Source: Vicinamibacterales bacterium (lineage in GTDB: Bacteria; Acidobacteriota; Vicinamibacteria; Vicinamibacterales; JAMQPK01). Taken from it: a stretch of DNA of 64,000 bases. The translations under genes were made by a program, and so were the position numbers. Positions 9,153 to 18,911 of the stretch are shown piece by piece. The notes under the pieces were generated by a model, which was given only the letters and a program-made list of their open reading frames with translations, searched no databases and had not been told where the DNA came from. Position 1 is the first letter of the stretch. Every line of letters begins with the position of its first letter. The DNA is taken from NCBI GenBank assembly GCA_963738315.1, contig CAVTVT010000003.1, positions 103,253 to 167,252 on the forward strand. The letters run 5' to 3'.

Positions 9153-12100
9153 ATGAAGTTCCGCCAGGCGTCGTTCGTGGCCGGCCTGCTATGCCTCTTC
9201 GCGCTGCAGGGTTCGCCGGCCTGGGCCCAGTTCACCAGCGCCCTCGAAGGCACCGTGCTGGACTCCCAGGGAGGCGTCGTCCCGGGCGCCGCTGTCACGA
9301 TCACCAATGAAGACACGGGCGTCGAGCAGACGCTGACGACCACGGCGGCCGGCTACTATCGGCAGCCGTCGCTGCCCGCCGGACTCTACACGGTGAAGGT
9401 GTCGCTCACCGGATTCCGCACTGCGGTGCAGGAGCACGTCCGCGTGCAGGTGGCCGAGACGCGCACGATCAACATGACGCTGACCGCCGGCCAGGTGACC
9501 GAGCAGGTCACGGTCACCGGCGCGGCGCCGCTGGTGGAGACCGCACAGGGCCGCATCTCGGGCGTCATCGACGAGTCGCAGGTGAAGGAGTTGCCGCTGG
9601 TCGGCCGGAACTTCTTCAACCTCGTCGTGCTCACCCCCGGCGTGACCGGCCGCGCGTCGGGCGGCGGCCAGGCATACGCGCAGTCGAACGCCGACATCTT
9701 CATCAACGAGTACAGCGTCGCGATGAACGCCAACGGCGCGCGCACCGAGTCCAACAACTTCATGGTCGATTCCTCGACCATCAGCTCGTCGCAGCGCAGC
9801 GGGGTCGTCAACGTGACGCCGAATCCGGAGGTCGTCGAAGAAGTGCGCGTGTCGGTGAACAACTTCACCGCCGAGACAGGACGCAACGGCTCGGTCGTGG
9901 TGAACGTCGTCACCAAGAGCGGCAGCAACGACTGGCACGGCAGCGGCAGTCTCTTCTACACGAACAACTCGATGCAGGGGAAGAACAACTTCCAGAAGCA
10001 GACGCCCGGCTTCAAGCACCCGGACTTCAGCCGCAAGGAGACCTCCTGGGGCTTCGGCGGTCCGGTGGCGAAGAACCGCACGTTCTTCTTCACCTCGGGC
10101 GACGTGCTGCGGTCGCAGGTGGCGATCAACCGCACGGCGAACATCCTGACGCCCGAGTTCATCGGCTTCATGCAGCAGGCGGTGCCGAACAACGCGTCCA
10201 CCTACATCGCCAAGACGTTCCCGGCCTCCTTCAAGGTCGACAGCGTGGCGCAGACGGCCGGCCAGGTGCTCGGCTCGAGCTGCAGCGGCAGCGAGCAGAT
10301 CGCCACGAAGATCGGCAACATCGCCTGCAACTTCCCCGTCATCGGCCAGGGCACGTTCAACACGACGTCGCCGCGGCAGGGGCTGCAGTGGACCGGCCGC
10401 GTCGACCATTACTTCAACGACAACAAGGATCGCGTGTACGGCGCGTTCAACCGGACGTCGGTGAACAAGGTGCTGTTCGGCGTGCCCGACGTGTACCCCG
10501 ACTTCAACACGATCTCGCCCACCAGCACGATGCACTTCAACTCGAACTGGACGCGCGTGATCTCGCCCAATACCTTGAACGAGACGACGTTCTCGTGGAT
10601 CCGCGTCTACGGCAACCTGCCGCTGAACCGGCCCGACATTCCCGGCGTGCAGGTGACCGGCATCGAGCGCTATCAGACGACCTGGGGCCCGAACGATTTC
10701 GTGCAGAACAACTTCGAGTGGAAGGACGTGGTCACCTGGACGCGCGGCTCGCACACGCTGAAGACCGGCGGCGGGTTCACGCGCGAGCACGCCGACAACG
10801 AAGGGTCGCGGGTGTTCAACCGCCCGATTTACACCTTCAACGACGTCTTCGACTTCGCCGCCGACAGCCCGTCGATCCAGGACAACCTGGCGATCGACCC
10901 GGCCACCGGAGACGCGGTGACCCACCTGCTGCGGCTGCACCGAACGCACAGCCTCAACGCGTTCGCCCAGGACGAATGGAAGCTGCGGCCGAATCTCTCG
11001 CTGAGCCTCGGCCTGCGGTACGAGGGCTACCTCAACATCTACGACAACGCGCGGCCCATGACGGCGCTGCAGTTCAGCCAGCGGAACGGCGATCTGCAGG
11101 CGGATCTGTCGACCGCGACGATCGTCGCGCGGAAGTACCCGCTGAACGGCGGCCTCTGGGGCGGCGGGCAGCACTCCGTGGCGCCGCGGGTGAGCGTCGC
11201 CTGGGATCCGACCAACCAGGGCACCATGTCGCTCCGAACGGGCTGGGGACGGTTCTACGAGCGCATGTCGAATCAGTTGTGGGACTCGGAGTACACGAAC
11301 CTGCCCGAGTTCGCGGTGACCAACGCCACGCTGAACACGACGATCAAGCCGGTGTTCGGGCTCGGCACCACCGCCGATCCGCCGTTCAACTACCCGCGTC
11401 CGGCGGGGCTGACCGCGGGCCTCAACTCGCAGGGCGGTCTCCTCAACGGACGCGCGAAGGCGGACCTGCTGGATCCCGACATCGGGCTCATGTACGAAGA
11501 CAACTGGTTCGCCGGGGTGCAGCGGCAGGTCGCGCACAACACCGTGGTGGAGGCGGACTACATCGGATCGATTGGGCGCAACATGTACGTCCGGTACAAC
11601 GTCAATCGCTTCAATGGCGATCTGCTCGACGGCACGTTCGACGGCGTCATCCCGGGCGTGTCGTCGCTGCTCTTCGCGCAGGCCTCCGACCAGAGCCACT
11701 ACAACGGTCTGACGCTCTCGTTCAAGAGCAACCAGCCGGCCGTGCAGTTCGGGGCCGCCTACACCTTGGGGAAGGCGACCGACTACTCGAGCACGCTCTC
11801 GCCGGGCGTGGCCCCGCAGCCGGATCCGTTCGGGCCGCGTTCGCAGGACAAGGGGCCCTCGGATTTCGACATCCGGCACAAGCTGTCGGCCTCGCTGAAC
11901 TGGTCCGTGCCGGGCCCGCCCGAAGGCGCCGCCAGGCAGGTGCTCGGGGGCTGGCAGGTGGCCACGGTCCTCATCGCACAAAGCGGCACGCCGTTCACGG
12001 TGTACCGTTCGGGACCCTCGAGCTGCGACTACAACCGCGATGGGACGAACAACGACCGGCCCAACGTGCCGTCATTCGGCTCGACGAAGACCGGCTTGAG

Positions 12101-12422
12101 CAACGACGACTTCCTGAGCGGCATCTTCGCGGCGTCCGATTTCCCGTCACCCGCCCCGGGCACGCCCGGTACGCTGGGGCGCAATACCTTCAGAGGTCCG
12201 CGCTACTTCAACCTCGACCTCTCGCTGATCAAGACGGTGCGGGTGCCGTGGGTGACCGGGCCGGCGGCCGACCTGCAGTTCCGGCTCGAGATGTTCAACG
12301 CCCTGAACACCACGAATCTGGATCCGCCGCAGAACAACCTCTCCAATCCGTCGCTCTTCGGCAAGTCGATTTCGGCGCTGCCGGGACGGATTATCCAGCT
12401 CGCCGGCCGTATTTCGTTCTAA
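9153..12422 (+). CDS. TonB-dependent outer-membrane receptor with N-terminal carboxypeptidase-regulatory-like domain
   Basis: Intact 1089-aa ORF. Signal peptide MKFRQASFVAGLLCLFALQGSPAWAQ. CarboxypepD_reg-like start LEGTVLDSQGGVVPGAAVTITNEDTG..YTVKVSLTGF. Plug-like VKELPLVGRNFFNLVVLTPGV. Terminal ..LAGRISF (aromatic C-terminus of beta-barrel OMPs). Confidence 0.9.
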   Translation: MKFRQASFVAGLLCLFALQGSPAWAQFTSALEGTVLDSQGGVVPGAAVTITNEDTGVEQTLTTTAAGYYRQPSLPAGLYTVKVSLTGFRTAVQEHVRVQVAETRTINMTLTAGQVTEQVTVTGAAPLVETAQGRISGVIDESQVKELPLVGRNFFNLVVLTPGVTGRASGGGQAYAQSNADIFINEYSVAMNANGARTESNNFMVDSSTISSSQRSGVVNVTPNPEVVEEVRVSVNNFTAETGRNGSVVVNVVTKSGSNDWHGSGSLFYTNNSMQGKNNFQKQTPGFKHPDFSRKETSWGFGGPVAKNRTFFFTSGDVLRSQVAINRTANILTPEFIGFMQQAVPNNASTYIAKTFPASFKVDSVAQTAGQVLGSSCSGSEQIATKIGNIACNFPVIGQGTFNTTSPRQGLQWTGRVDHYFNDNKDRVYGAFNRTSVNKVLFGVPDVYPDFNTISPTSTMHFNSNWTRVISPNTLNETTFSWIRVYGNLPLNRPDIPGVQVTGIERYQTTWGPNDFVQNNFEWKDVVTWTRGSHTLKTGGGFTREHADNEGSRVFNRPIYTFNDVFDFAADSPSIQDNLAIDPATGDAVTHLLRLHRTHSLNAFAQDEWKLRPNLSLSLGLRYEGYLNIYDNARPMTALQFSQRNGDLQADLSTATIVARKYPLNGGLWGGGQHSVAPRVSVAWDPTNQGTMSLRTGWGRFYERMSNQLWDSEYTNLPEFAVTNATLNTTIKPVFGLGTTADPPFNYPRPAGLTAGLNSQGGLLNGRAKADLLDPDIGLMYEDNWFAGVQRQVAHNTVVEADYIGSIGRNMYVRYNVNRFNGDLLDGTFDGVIPGVSSLLFAQASDQSHYNGLTLSFKSNQPAVQFGAAYTLGKATDYSSTLSPGVAPQPDPFGPRSQDKGPSDFDIRHKLSASLNWSVPGPPEGAARQVLGGWQVATVLIAQSGTPFTVYRSGPSSCDYNRDGTNNDRPNVPSFGSTKTGLSNDDFLSGIFAASDFPSPAPGTPGTLGRNTFRGPRYFNLDLSLIKTVRVPWVTGPAADLQFRLEMFNALNTTNLDPPQNNLSNPSLFGKSISALPGRIIQLAGRISF

Positions 12423-12513
12423 GATCGATTCCATGTTCCGGCGGTCGACGTCGTCTTCGAGACGGCGTCGACCGCCGCCATCCGTCCGCCGCAGGCGGCG
12501 AATCAGCGGGTCG

Positions 12514-14124
12514 ATGAAGGTCTGCCATTCTCTCCCTGCTCTGGCGCTGGCGTTCGGCCTCTCGGCGGCCGTGGCGGCGCCGGCCGCCGGCGACTGTGCG
12601 GCCGCGCCCTACGAGTGCGCCGTGACCCATGTGGAGCGGCACGAGTTCGCGCCGGCCATCGCGCTCCTCGAACCGCTCGTCCAGCGCGAGCCGCGCAACC
12701 TCAAAGCGCTGAACCTCCTCGGTATCGCGCTCACCGGCGCTGGCCGGGTGACGGCGGCCGATGCGCGCTTCCGCCAGGCGCTCGCGATCGACCCGGCGTT
12801 CTATCCCTCACTGAAGAACCTCGCCATCAACCAGTTCAACGCCGGCCGGAGCGCAGAGGCGGAGAAGAGCTTCGAGCGCGTGTTGACGCTCGCGCCGGCG
12901 GACGAGATTTCGCATCTGTACCTCGGCGAGATTCAGTTCCAGCGGAGCGATCTGCAGGGGGCGGCCGTTCACTACGGGAAGAGCGGCCGCGCCGTCCGCG
13001 TGAATCCCGCCTGGACGCTGCACTATGCGGGCGCGCTGCTGTCGCGGCACGAGACGGCGGCTGCAGCCGGCGCGCTCGCTGCCATTCCCGAGGCCGACGC
13101 CGACGACCTCTTCGAGGCGGGATCCATGCTCGGACGCGCGGGTGCGTACGCCGACGCGGCGAGGTTCTTCGGGCGCGCCCGGTCCGGCTACCGCGATACG
13201 TACGCTGCGGGCTACAACCAGGTGCTGATGCTCGAGAAGGCGGGCGACGCGGAGGGCGCGATCCGCGTGGGTGAAGAACTGCTCGGCACCGACTTGCGCC
13301 GGGGCGAGCTCTACAACCTCGTCTCGCGCGCGTACTACAAGGCCGGGCGCGTCAAGGACGCATACGACGCGCTGCGCACGGCGACCGAGCTCGAGCCGCA
13401 GGACGAGGAGAACTACGTCGACCTGTCGATGATGTGCCTCGAGCTCGAGAACCATGATCTCGGCCTCGAGATCGTCGACATCGGCCTCCGCTATCTGCCG
13501 GCCTCCCCGCTCCTGCACCTGCAGCGCGGCGTCCTGCTCGCGATGAAGGCGCAGCTCGGCGCCGCCGAGGGGGAGTTCGAGGTCGCGCGCCGCCTGGCGC
13601 CGGAGAACCCCGCGCCGTACGCGGCGCTCGGGATGGTCTGGATGCAGACGGGCCAGACAGACAAGGCCGTCGAGACGCTGCGCGCGGCGGCGCGGGCGCG
13701 GCGGAACGATCACGTCGTGCCGTACACGTTTGCCGTCGCGCTCATCCGATCGGGCGTGGATCCCACAGGACCGGAAGCCGTCGAGGCCATCGCGGCGCTG
13801 CAACAGTCGATCGCCGCAAACGGCGAGTTCGCACCGGCTCGCAGTCAGCTCGGCCGGCTGTTCCTGAAGCGCGGCGATCTGGACCAGGCGATCCGCGAGC
13901 TCGAAAAGGCGGTTGCGCTCGATCCCGACGCCACGGCCGCGCTCTACAATCTCGCCCAGGCGTACACCAGGAAGGGGGACAGGGCGCGAGCCGCGGATCT
14001 GCTCGCGCGGGTCAGCAAGCTCAACGCGCAGGAGCGGGGCGACGATCCCGAAGGCGAGCTGAAGCGCACGGTCGTCCGCATCGTTCGCGAGGCAGCGCCG
14101 GCCAGGCAGACGCCTGCACCATGA
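12514..14124 (+). CDS. Secreted TPR-repeat protein
   Basis: Track ORF 12433..14124. Likely start ATG 12514 (MKVCHSLPALALAFGLSAAVAAPAAG signal peptide). TPR-like helices throughout (LKALNLLGIALTGAGRVTAADARFRQALAIDPAFYPSLKNLA.., AALYNLAQAYTRKGDRARAADLLARV). Confidence 0.8.
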   Translation: MKVCHSLPALALAFGLSAAVAAPAAGDCAAAPYECAVTHVERHEFAPAIALLEPLVQREPRNLKALNLLGIALTGAGRVTAADARFRQALAIDPAFYPSLKNLAINQFNAGRSAEAEKSFERVLTLAPADEISHLYLGEIQFQRSDLQGAAVHYGKSGRAVRVNPAWTLHYAGALLSRHETAAAAGALAAIPEADADDLFEAGSMLGRAGAYADAARFFGRARSGYRDTYAAGYNQVLMLEKAGDAEGAIRVGEELLGTDLRRGELYNLVSRAYYKAGRVKDAYDALRTATELEPQDEENYVDLSMMCLELENHDLGLEIVDIGLRYLPASPLLHLQRGVLLAMKAQLGAAEGEFEVARRLAPENPAPYAALGMVWMQTGQTDKAVETLRAAARARRNDHVVPYTFAVALIRSGVDPTGPEAVEAIAALQQSIAANGEFAPARSQLGRLFLKRGDLDQAIRELEKAVALDPDATAALYNLAQAYTRKGDRARAADLLARVSKLNAQERGDDPEGELKRTVVRIVREAAPARQTPAP

Positions 14125-15893
14125 CCCCGAAGGTGTGGGGCCGCGGATGGGCTCCAGCGCTGCGGCTGGCGGCCGTGGTGGCCGCGGCCGTGGCCCCTGC
14201 TGTGCTGCCGGCTCCGGTACGCGCTCAGGCGGCGTCTCCTGGGAACGGCGCAGAAGGCGGGGCTGCCGCCGCGCGCGGACACCGCGACAACGGCGCCCGG
14301 CTGCTCGCGCAGGGCAGCCTGCCGGCGGCGCTCGCTGAGTTCCGCGCCGCCCTCGTGCTCGATCCCACCGATGCCATCGCCCACGACGGGATCGGCGTGA
14401 TCGCAGGCGAATCGGGCGATCTGCGAACGGCGCTCGACGAGTTTCAGAAGGCCACGGTGATCACGCCCGACTTCGCGGCCGCGCATTTCCATTTCGGCCT
14501 CGCGCTCGATCGCTCGGAGCGGGTTCAGGAAGCGATCGGCGAATACGAACAGGCGCTGCTGCTCAAGCCCGATCTGCTGGAGGCGCGCTACGGCCTGAGC
14601 ACCGCGTGCGAGAAGCTGGGCGATCTCGACGGCGCGGTATCGCTGCTTCGTCAGGTGCTGGCGGCGATGCCGGATTTCGCCGAAGCCCACCACAATCTCG
14701 GGCTGATTCTCTGGAAACAGTACAAGACGGCGACCGGCCCGCGCCAGACCGCGCTCCTCGACGAGGCAGAGACGGAGCTGCGCCGCGCGGTCGAAATCAC
14801 TCCCACCGAGCCATCGTACCTCGGGGGGCTCGGGCAGCTCCTGGCCGATCGGCAGCAGCTGCAGGCCGCCGTGGAGGCGTTGAAGCGCGCGGCGGGCATG
14901 GCCCCGGGTGATCCGCGCTATGCGTATGACCTCGGCCTGACGCTGCGGCTCGCGGGCGATTATCCTGGCGCGGAGTCGCAGTTCCGAGCGGTGCTGGCCA
15001 CACAGCCGCAGAACGGCCTCGCTCGCCGCGCGCTCGGCCTCGTCCTGCGGCAGCAAGGCGATCTCCGCGGAGCCGCGGCGGAGCTGCGGCAGGCAGTGGT
15101 CACGCTGCCGGAAGATGCGCAGGCGCACCATCTGCTCGGCTCCGTGCTGCAGAAGCTCGATCAGCCCGAGGCGGCGATCGCCGAGCTGAGGAGCGCCATC
15201 CGCCTCGATCCGGATCTCACCGAGGCGCACGTGATGCTCGCGCAGGCGCTGGCGCGCGCGGGGCGCACCGGTGAGGCGCAGGCCGAACAGGCCGAGGTGG
15301 AGGGGATCAACGAACGGAGCGCCCGGCTGAGCCGCGCGATGATCCTGCTCGAAACGGCGGCTGCGCGCCTGCGCGGCGGCGATCGTCGGGCGGCGGTCGA
15401 AGGGTTGCGCGAGGCGGCCACGCTTGCCCCGCAGTTTGCCGAGGCGCATTACCAGCTCGGCCGCGCGCTCATGGACGATGCCCTCGAGGCCGACGGGAGC
15501 GAAGCGGCGTTCCGGCGGGTCACTGCGCTCGAACCGGACCTGGCGGCTGCGCACTACCAGCTGGGCGTCCTGCTCGCACGCAAGGGAGACAAACCGGGCG
15601 CGCTGGCGGAGCTGCGAAGGGCCACCGCGCTCGCGCCGGGTCTGGTGGAGGCGCAGCGCGAACTCGCGACCAGGGCCTGGGACGCGCGCGACTGGCCGAC
15701 CGTCATTGCCGCGCTGACGGCGGCGGCGGCGTGGCAGCCGGCAGATGCCAGAACCCGCTACGCTCTCGGGCGCGCTTTTGCCGAGCAGGGCAGCGCATCG
15801 AACGCGGCTCGCGAGTTCGCCGCCGCCCACCGGCTCGATCCGTCTCTGCAGCCGCCGGCGGCGTCGTCCACGCCGGCGGGGTCTTCCCGATGA
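14121..15893 (+). CDS. Secreted TPR-repeat protein
   Basis: Intact 590-aa ORF, ATGA overlap with the upstream stop. Signal-like APALRLAAVVAAAVAPAVLPAPVRAQA. Serial TPR motifs (AIAHDGIGVIAGESGDLRTALDEFQKATVITPDFAAAHFHFGLAL.., AEAHHNLGLILWKQ.., AEAHYQLGRAL..). Confidence 0.8.
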   Translation: MTPKVWGRGWAPALRLAAVVAAAVAPAVLPAPVRAQAASPGNGAEGGAAAARGHRDNGARLLAQGSLPAALAEFRAALVLDPTDAIAHDGIGVIAGESGDLRTALDEFQKATVITPDFAAAHFHFGLALDRSERVQEAIGEYEQALLLKPDLLEARYGLSTACEKLGDLDGAVSLLRQVLAAMPDFAEAHHNLGLILWKQYKTATGPRQTALLDEAETELRRAVEITPTEPSYLGGLGQLLADRQQLQAAVEALKRAAGMAPGDPRYAYDLGLTLRLAGDYPGAESQFRAVLATQPQNGLARRALGLVLRQQGDLRGAAAELRQAVVTLPEDAQAHHLLGSVLQKLDQPEAAIAELRSAIRLDPDLTEAHVMLAQALARAGRTGEAQAEQAEVEGINERSARLSRAMILLETAAARLRGGDRRAAVEGLREAATLAPQFAEAHYQLGRALMDDALEADGSEAAFRRVTALEPDLAAAHYQLGVLLARKGDKPGALAELRRATALAPGLVEAQRELATRAWDARDWPTVIAALTAAAAWQPADARTRYALGRAFAEQGSASNAAREFAAAHRLDPSLQPPAASSTPAGSSR

Positions 15894-17111
15894 GGCGTGC
15901 ACGAGCGCCCGTCGTCCTCCTCGCGCTGCTTTTCGGGTACTCCCCCGTGGGCGCGCGCCCGGCGGCCGCTCAGATGGCAACGGCGGAGCGCGTCGACGAG
16001 CCTGGATGGTGGCCGACCAAGCGCGGCGGATCGCGGGCGGACTATCTCGGGCCGCAGGCGTGCGCCGCCTGCCATCGCGACAAGGCAGCCACCCAGATGA
16101 TGACGTCGATGGCGCTCACCGGAGGACGTGCGTCCGACTCCACGATCCTCGCGGCGGGCGAGCCGCTGACGTTTCGTGCAGGCCGCTACTCGTACCGGAT
16201 CGCACGCGAAGGCGGGGAGATCCGAGTACGTCGTGTCGGACGGGGCCGAGTCGCTCTCATCCGCCCTCGCCTGGGCGTTCGGGGCGGGCAAGGTGGGGCA
16301 GTCGTTTCTGTTCCAGCGCGAGGGCCGGATCTACGAGAGCCGCGTGAGCTACTACGATGCCATCCACGGGCTCGATTTCACGCCGAATCGCGCGTTGTCG
16401 AATCCCGAGAGCACGGAGACGGCCATGGCGAGGCCGATCGACGAGCGCGAGGTGCGCCGCTGCTTCGGCTGCCACACCACAGCATCGGGGACGAATCCCG
16501 CGGAGGTCGATTTCAGCCGGCTGATCACCGGCGTGACGTGCGAGGCGTGCCACGGACCTGGCCGCGCTCACGTGGCGGCGGTGCGGGCCGGGCTGCTCGA
16601 CCAGGCGCGCGCGCTCATCCGCGACCCGCGCACGCTCAACCCGGCAGACTCCGTCGATTTCTGCGGCAGCTGCCACGGCACGTTCTGGGACGTGAAGCTG
16701 GCCGGCGAGCACGGCATCGCCGCGCTCCGTTCGCAGCCGTTCCGGCTGGAAAGCAGCCGCTGCTGGCGCGCGGGCGATGCCCGTCTCGCATGCGTGACGT
16801 GTCACGATCCGCACAGACCGCTCGTTCGCGACTCGGCATCGTACGACGTCCGCTGCACGGCCTGTCATGGAGTAGCTGACGGGGCTGGAGCGAAAGGCGC
16901 GGCCGCCGTGTCCCCGAGCGGAGCGGAGACGCGGCGCCCGGGCGCACCCGTGCCCGACGCGGGCACGGCGCACGCGGACGATGCGACCCGCTCGACGCTC
17001 GTCTGCAGGGTGGCCTCGAAGAACTGCGTCTCCTGCCACATGCCCAAGTACGACGTGCCGGGGATGCATTTCAGGTTCACGGATCATCTGATCCGCGTGG
17101 TGCGCGAGTAG
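15890..17111 (+). pseudogene. Secreted heptahaem c-type cytochrome (one frame break near 16221-16223)
   Basis: ATG 15890 (ATGA overlap with upstream stop). Signal MRRARAPVVLLALLFGYSPVGARPAAAQ. The N-terminal part is in ORF 15731..16879 up to ..RYSYRIAREGGEI, the rest in ORF 16176..17111 (EYVVSDGAESLSSALAWAFGAGKVGQSF..). Seven CxxCH sites: CAACH, CFGCH, CEACH, CGSCH, CVTCH, CTACH, CVSCH. Confidence 0.85.
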
Positions 17112-17154
17112 CCGCGCGCGCCGCTGCGGCCCCTGCGATACACTGGTCCGAGCC

Positions 17155-17646
17155 ATGCCAAGAGTACCGTTCGATCAGCTTCCGCCGGACGCGCGGCTCT
17201 GGATCTTTCCGGCGTCGCGGGCGCTTTCTCCCGAAGAGCAGCAACGTGTGCTGGGGGAGGCGGATGCGTTCATCGATCAGTGGACGGCGCACGGTGTGCC
17301 GCTGCGAGGCGCCCGTGAGATTCGGCACGATCAGTTCGTTCTGGTCGGCGTCGACGAGCGGGCGGCCGGCGTGTCGGGCTGTTCCATCGACGCTCTCGTG
17401 CGGAGGATGGCGTCGCTGCAGCAGTCGCTCGGGGTCGAGCTCGTGGAGAACGGACCGGTGCTGTTCCGGCGCGGCGAGCGCATCGAGCGGGTGGCGCGGG
17501 ATCGCTTTGCCGACCTGGCGACCCGGGGCGAGGTGACGCTCGAGACGCCGGTCTTCGACAACACGCTCGACACGGTCGGGGCCCTGCGGGACGGCCGATG
17601 GGAGGTGCGCGCTGCCGACGCGTGGCATGCCCGCGCCTTCTTCTGA
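17155..17646 (+). CDS. Conserved-looking hypothetical protein (163 aa), overlaps ndh start by 20 nt
   Basis: Intact ORF with coding-like composition (MPRVPFDQLPPDARLWIFPASRALSPEEQQRVLGEADAFIDQWTAHGVPL..). No motif I can assign. Its 3' end overlaps the ndh ATG, suggesting co-transcription. Confidence 0.6.
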   Translation: MPRVPFDQLPPDARLWIFPASRALSPEEQQRVLGEADAFIDQWTAHGVPLRGAREIRHDQFVLVGVDERAAGVSGCSIDALVRRMASLQQSLGVELVENGPVLFRRGERIERVARDRFADLATRGEVTLETPVFDNTLDTVGALRDGRWEVRAADAWHARAFF

Positions 17647-18895
17647 CGCGCGCGTCCTCATCGTCGGCGGCGGCTTCGCGGGGGTGAACGCCGCGAAGGT
17701 GCTGGGCGCGGCCGGCACGGTCGACGTCACGGTCGTCGACAAACGCAACCACCATCTCTTTCAGCCGCTTCTCTATCAGGTCGCCATGGCCGGGCTGAGC
17801 CCGGCCGAGATTGCGGCGCCGATCCGCAGCATGCTCGCGCGATACGCGCGCGTGCGCGTGCTGCTCGGCGCCGTTCAGGCGATCGATCTGCCGCAGAAGG
17901 TCGCGCGCACGGACATCGGCGATATCCCATTCGACTATCTGATCCTGGCCGCGGGCAGCACGCATGCGTATTTCGGCCACCGAGACTGGGAGGAGTTTGC
18001 GCCAGGGCTCAAGACGCTGGAGCAGGCGACCGAGATCCGCCGGCGTGTGCTGCTCGCGTTCGAGGAGGCCGAACGGACGCACGATCCGGCCGAGCTGGCG
18101 CGGCTGCTCACCTTCGTCATCGTGGGCGGCGGTCCTACCGGTGTCGAGCTGGCCGGGGCGATCGCGGAGATGAGCCGCTTCACGCTCGCCCGCGACTTTC
18201 GATCGATCAACGCCAGGTCGGCGAAGGTCGTCCTGGTCGAGGCGGGTCCGCGGATTCTGGCGATGTTCTCCGAATCGCAGGCCGCGCGTGCGGCGCGCGA
18301 CCTCGAGGCGCTCGGTGTGCAGGTGCGTGCCGGCGCGGCAGTGACGCTGGTCGACGCCGGCGGAGTTCAGCTGGGCGATGAGCGGATTCGGTCGGCCACG
18401 GTGCTGTGGGCTGCGGGCGTCAAGGCCTCGCCGCTCGGCGGCATGCCGGGGGCCGAGCTCGATCGTCAGGGGCGGGTGGCGGTCGCTCGCGACCTCTCGC
18501 TGCCGGGGGAACCGCGCGTGTTTGTCGTGGGAGATCAGGCACGATTCGCGCATCAGACGGGGAGTCCGCTGCCGGGAACCGCGCCCGTCGCCATTCAGGA
18601 GGGCCGGCACGCCGCGCAGGTGATTCTCGACGAGCTGCGGGGCCGTCCACGGCGGCCGTTTCACTTCGTCGACAAGGGACAGATGGCGACCATTGGCAGG
18701 AGCCGCGCGATCCTGGAGATCGGCTCGCTCAAGCTGGGCGGGTTCGTCGCGTGGGTGCTGTGGCTCATCATCCACATTTACTATCTGACCGGATTCAACA
18801 ACCGTCTGCTGGTCGTGGTGCAGTGGGCCTGGTCGTATCTGACGTTCGGCCGTGGCGCCCGATTGATCACCGCCCGCGACTGGCACCTCGACTAA
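17627..18895 (+). CDS. ndh: Type II NADH:quinone oxidoreductase (NDH-2)
   Basis: Intact 422-aa ORF. Two dinucleotide-binding motifs, VLIVGGGFAGVNAA and FVIVGGGPTGVELAG. Typical HLFQPLLYQVA stretch and C-terminal membrane-associating helices. Confidence 0.9.
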   Translation: MPAPSSDARVLIVGGGFAGVNAAKVLGAAGTVDVTVVDKRNHHLFQPLLYQVAMAGLSPAEIAAPIRSMLARYARVRVLLGAVQAIDLPQKVARTDIGDIPFDYLILAAGSTHAYFGHRDWEEFAPGLKTLEQATEIRRRVLLAFEEAERTHDPAELARLLTFVIVGGGPTGVELAGAIAEMSRFTLARDFRSINARSAKVVLVEAGPRILAMFSESQAARAARDLEALGVQVRAGAAVTLVDAGGVQLGDERIRSATVLWAAGVKASPLGGMPGAELDRQGRVAVARDLSLPGEPRVFVVGDQARFAHQTGSPLPGTAPVAIQEGRHAAQVILDELRGRPRRPFHFVDKGQMATIGRSRAILEIGSLKLGGFVAWVLWLIIHIYYLTGFNNRLLVVVQWAWSYLTFGRGARLITARDWHLD

Positions 18896-18911
18896 CGCAT
18901 TCGTAATTCTC

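Noticed and set aside
9189-11981. 930-aa minus-strand ORF opposite the TonB-dependent receptor
   Set aside because: It is a shadow ORF with Arg/Val/His-rich nonsense composition. The plus-strand frame has a signal peptide, CarboxypepD_reg, plug and barrel features.
12433-12513. N-terminal 27-codon extension of the first TPR gene (MFRRSTSSSRRRRPPP..), and similar extensions of other track ORFs (nuoA, nuoE, CBS, purH, PadR, ispDF)
   Set aside because: The track reports the longest possible frames, including GTG/TTG starts. The extensions are Arg/Pro-rich, overlap upstream genes or spacers, and precede better starts that expose signal peptides or conserved N-termini.
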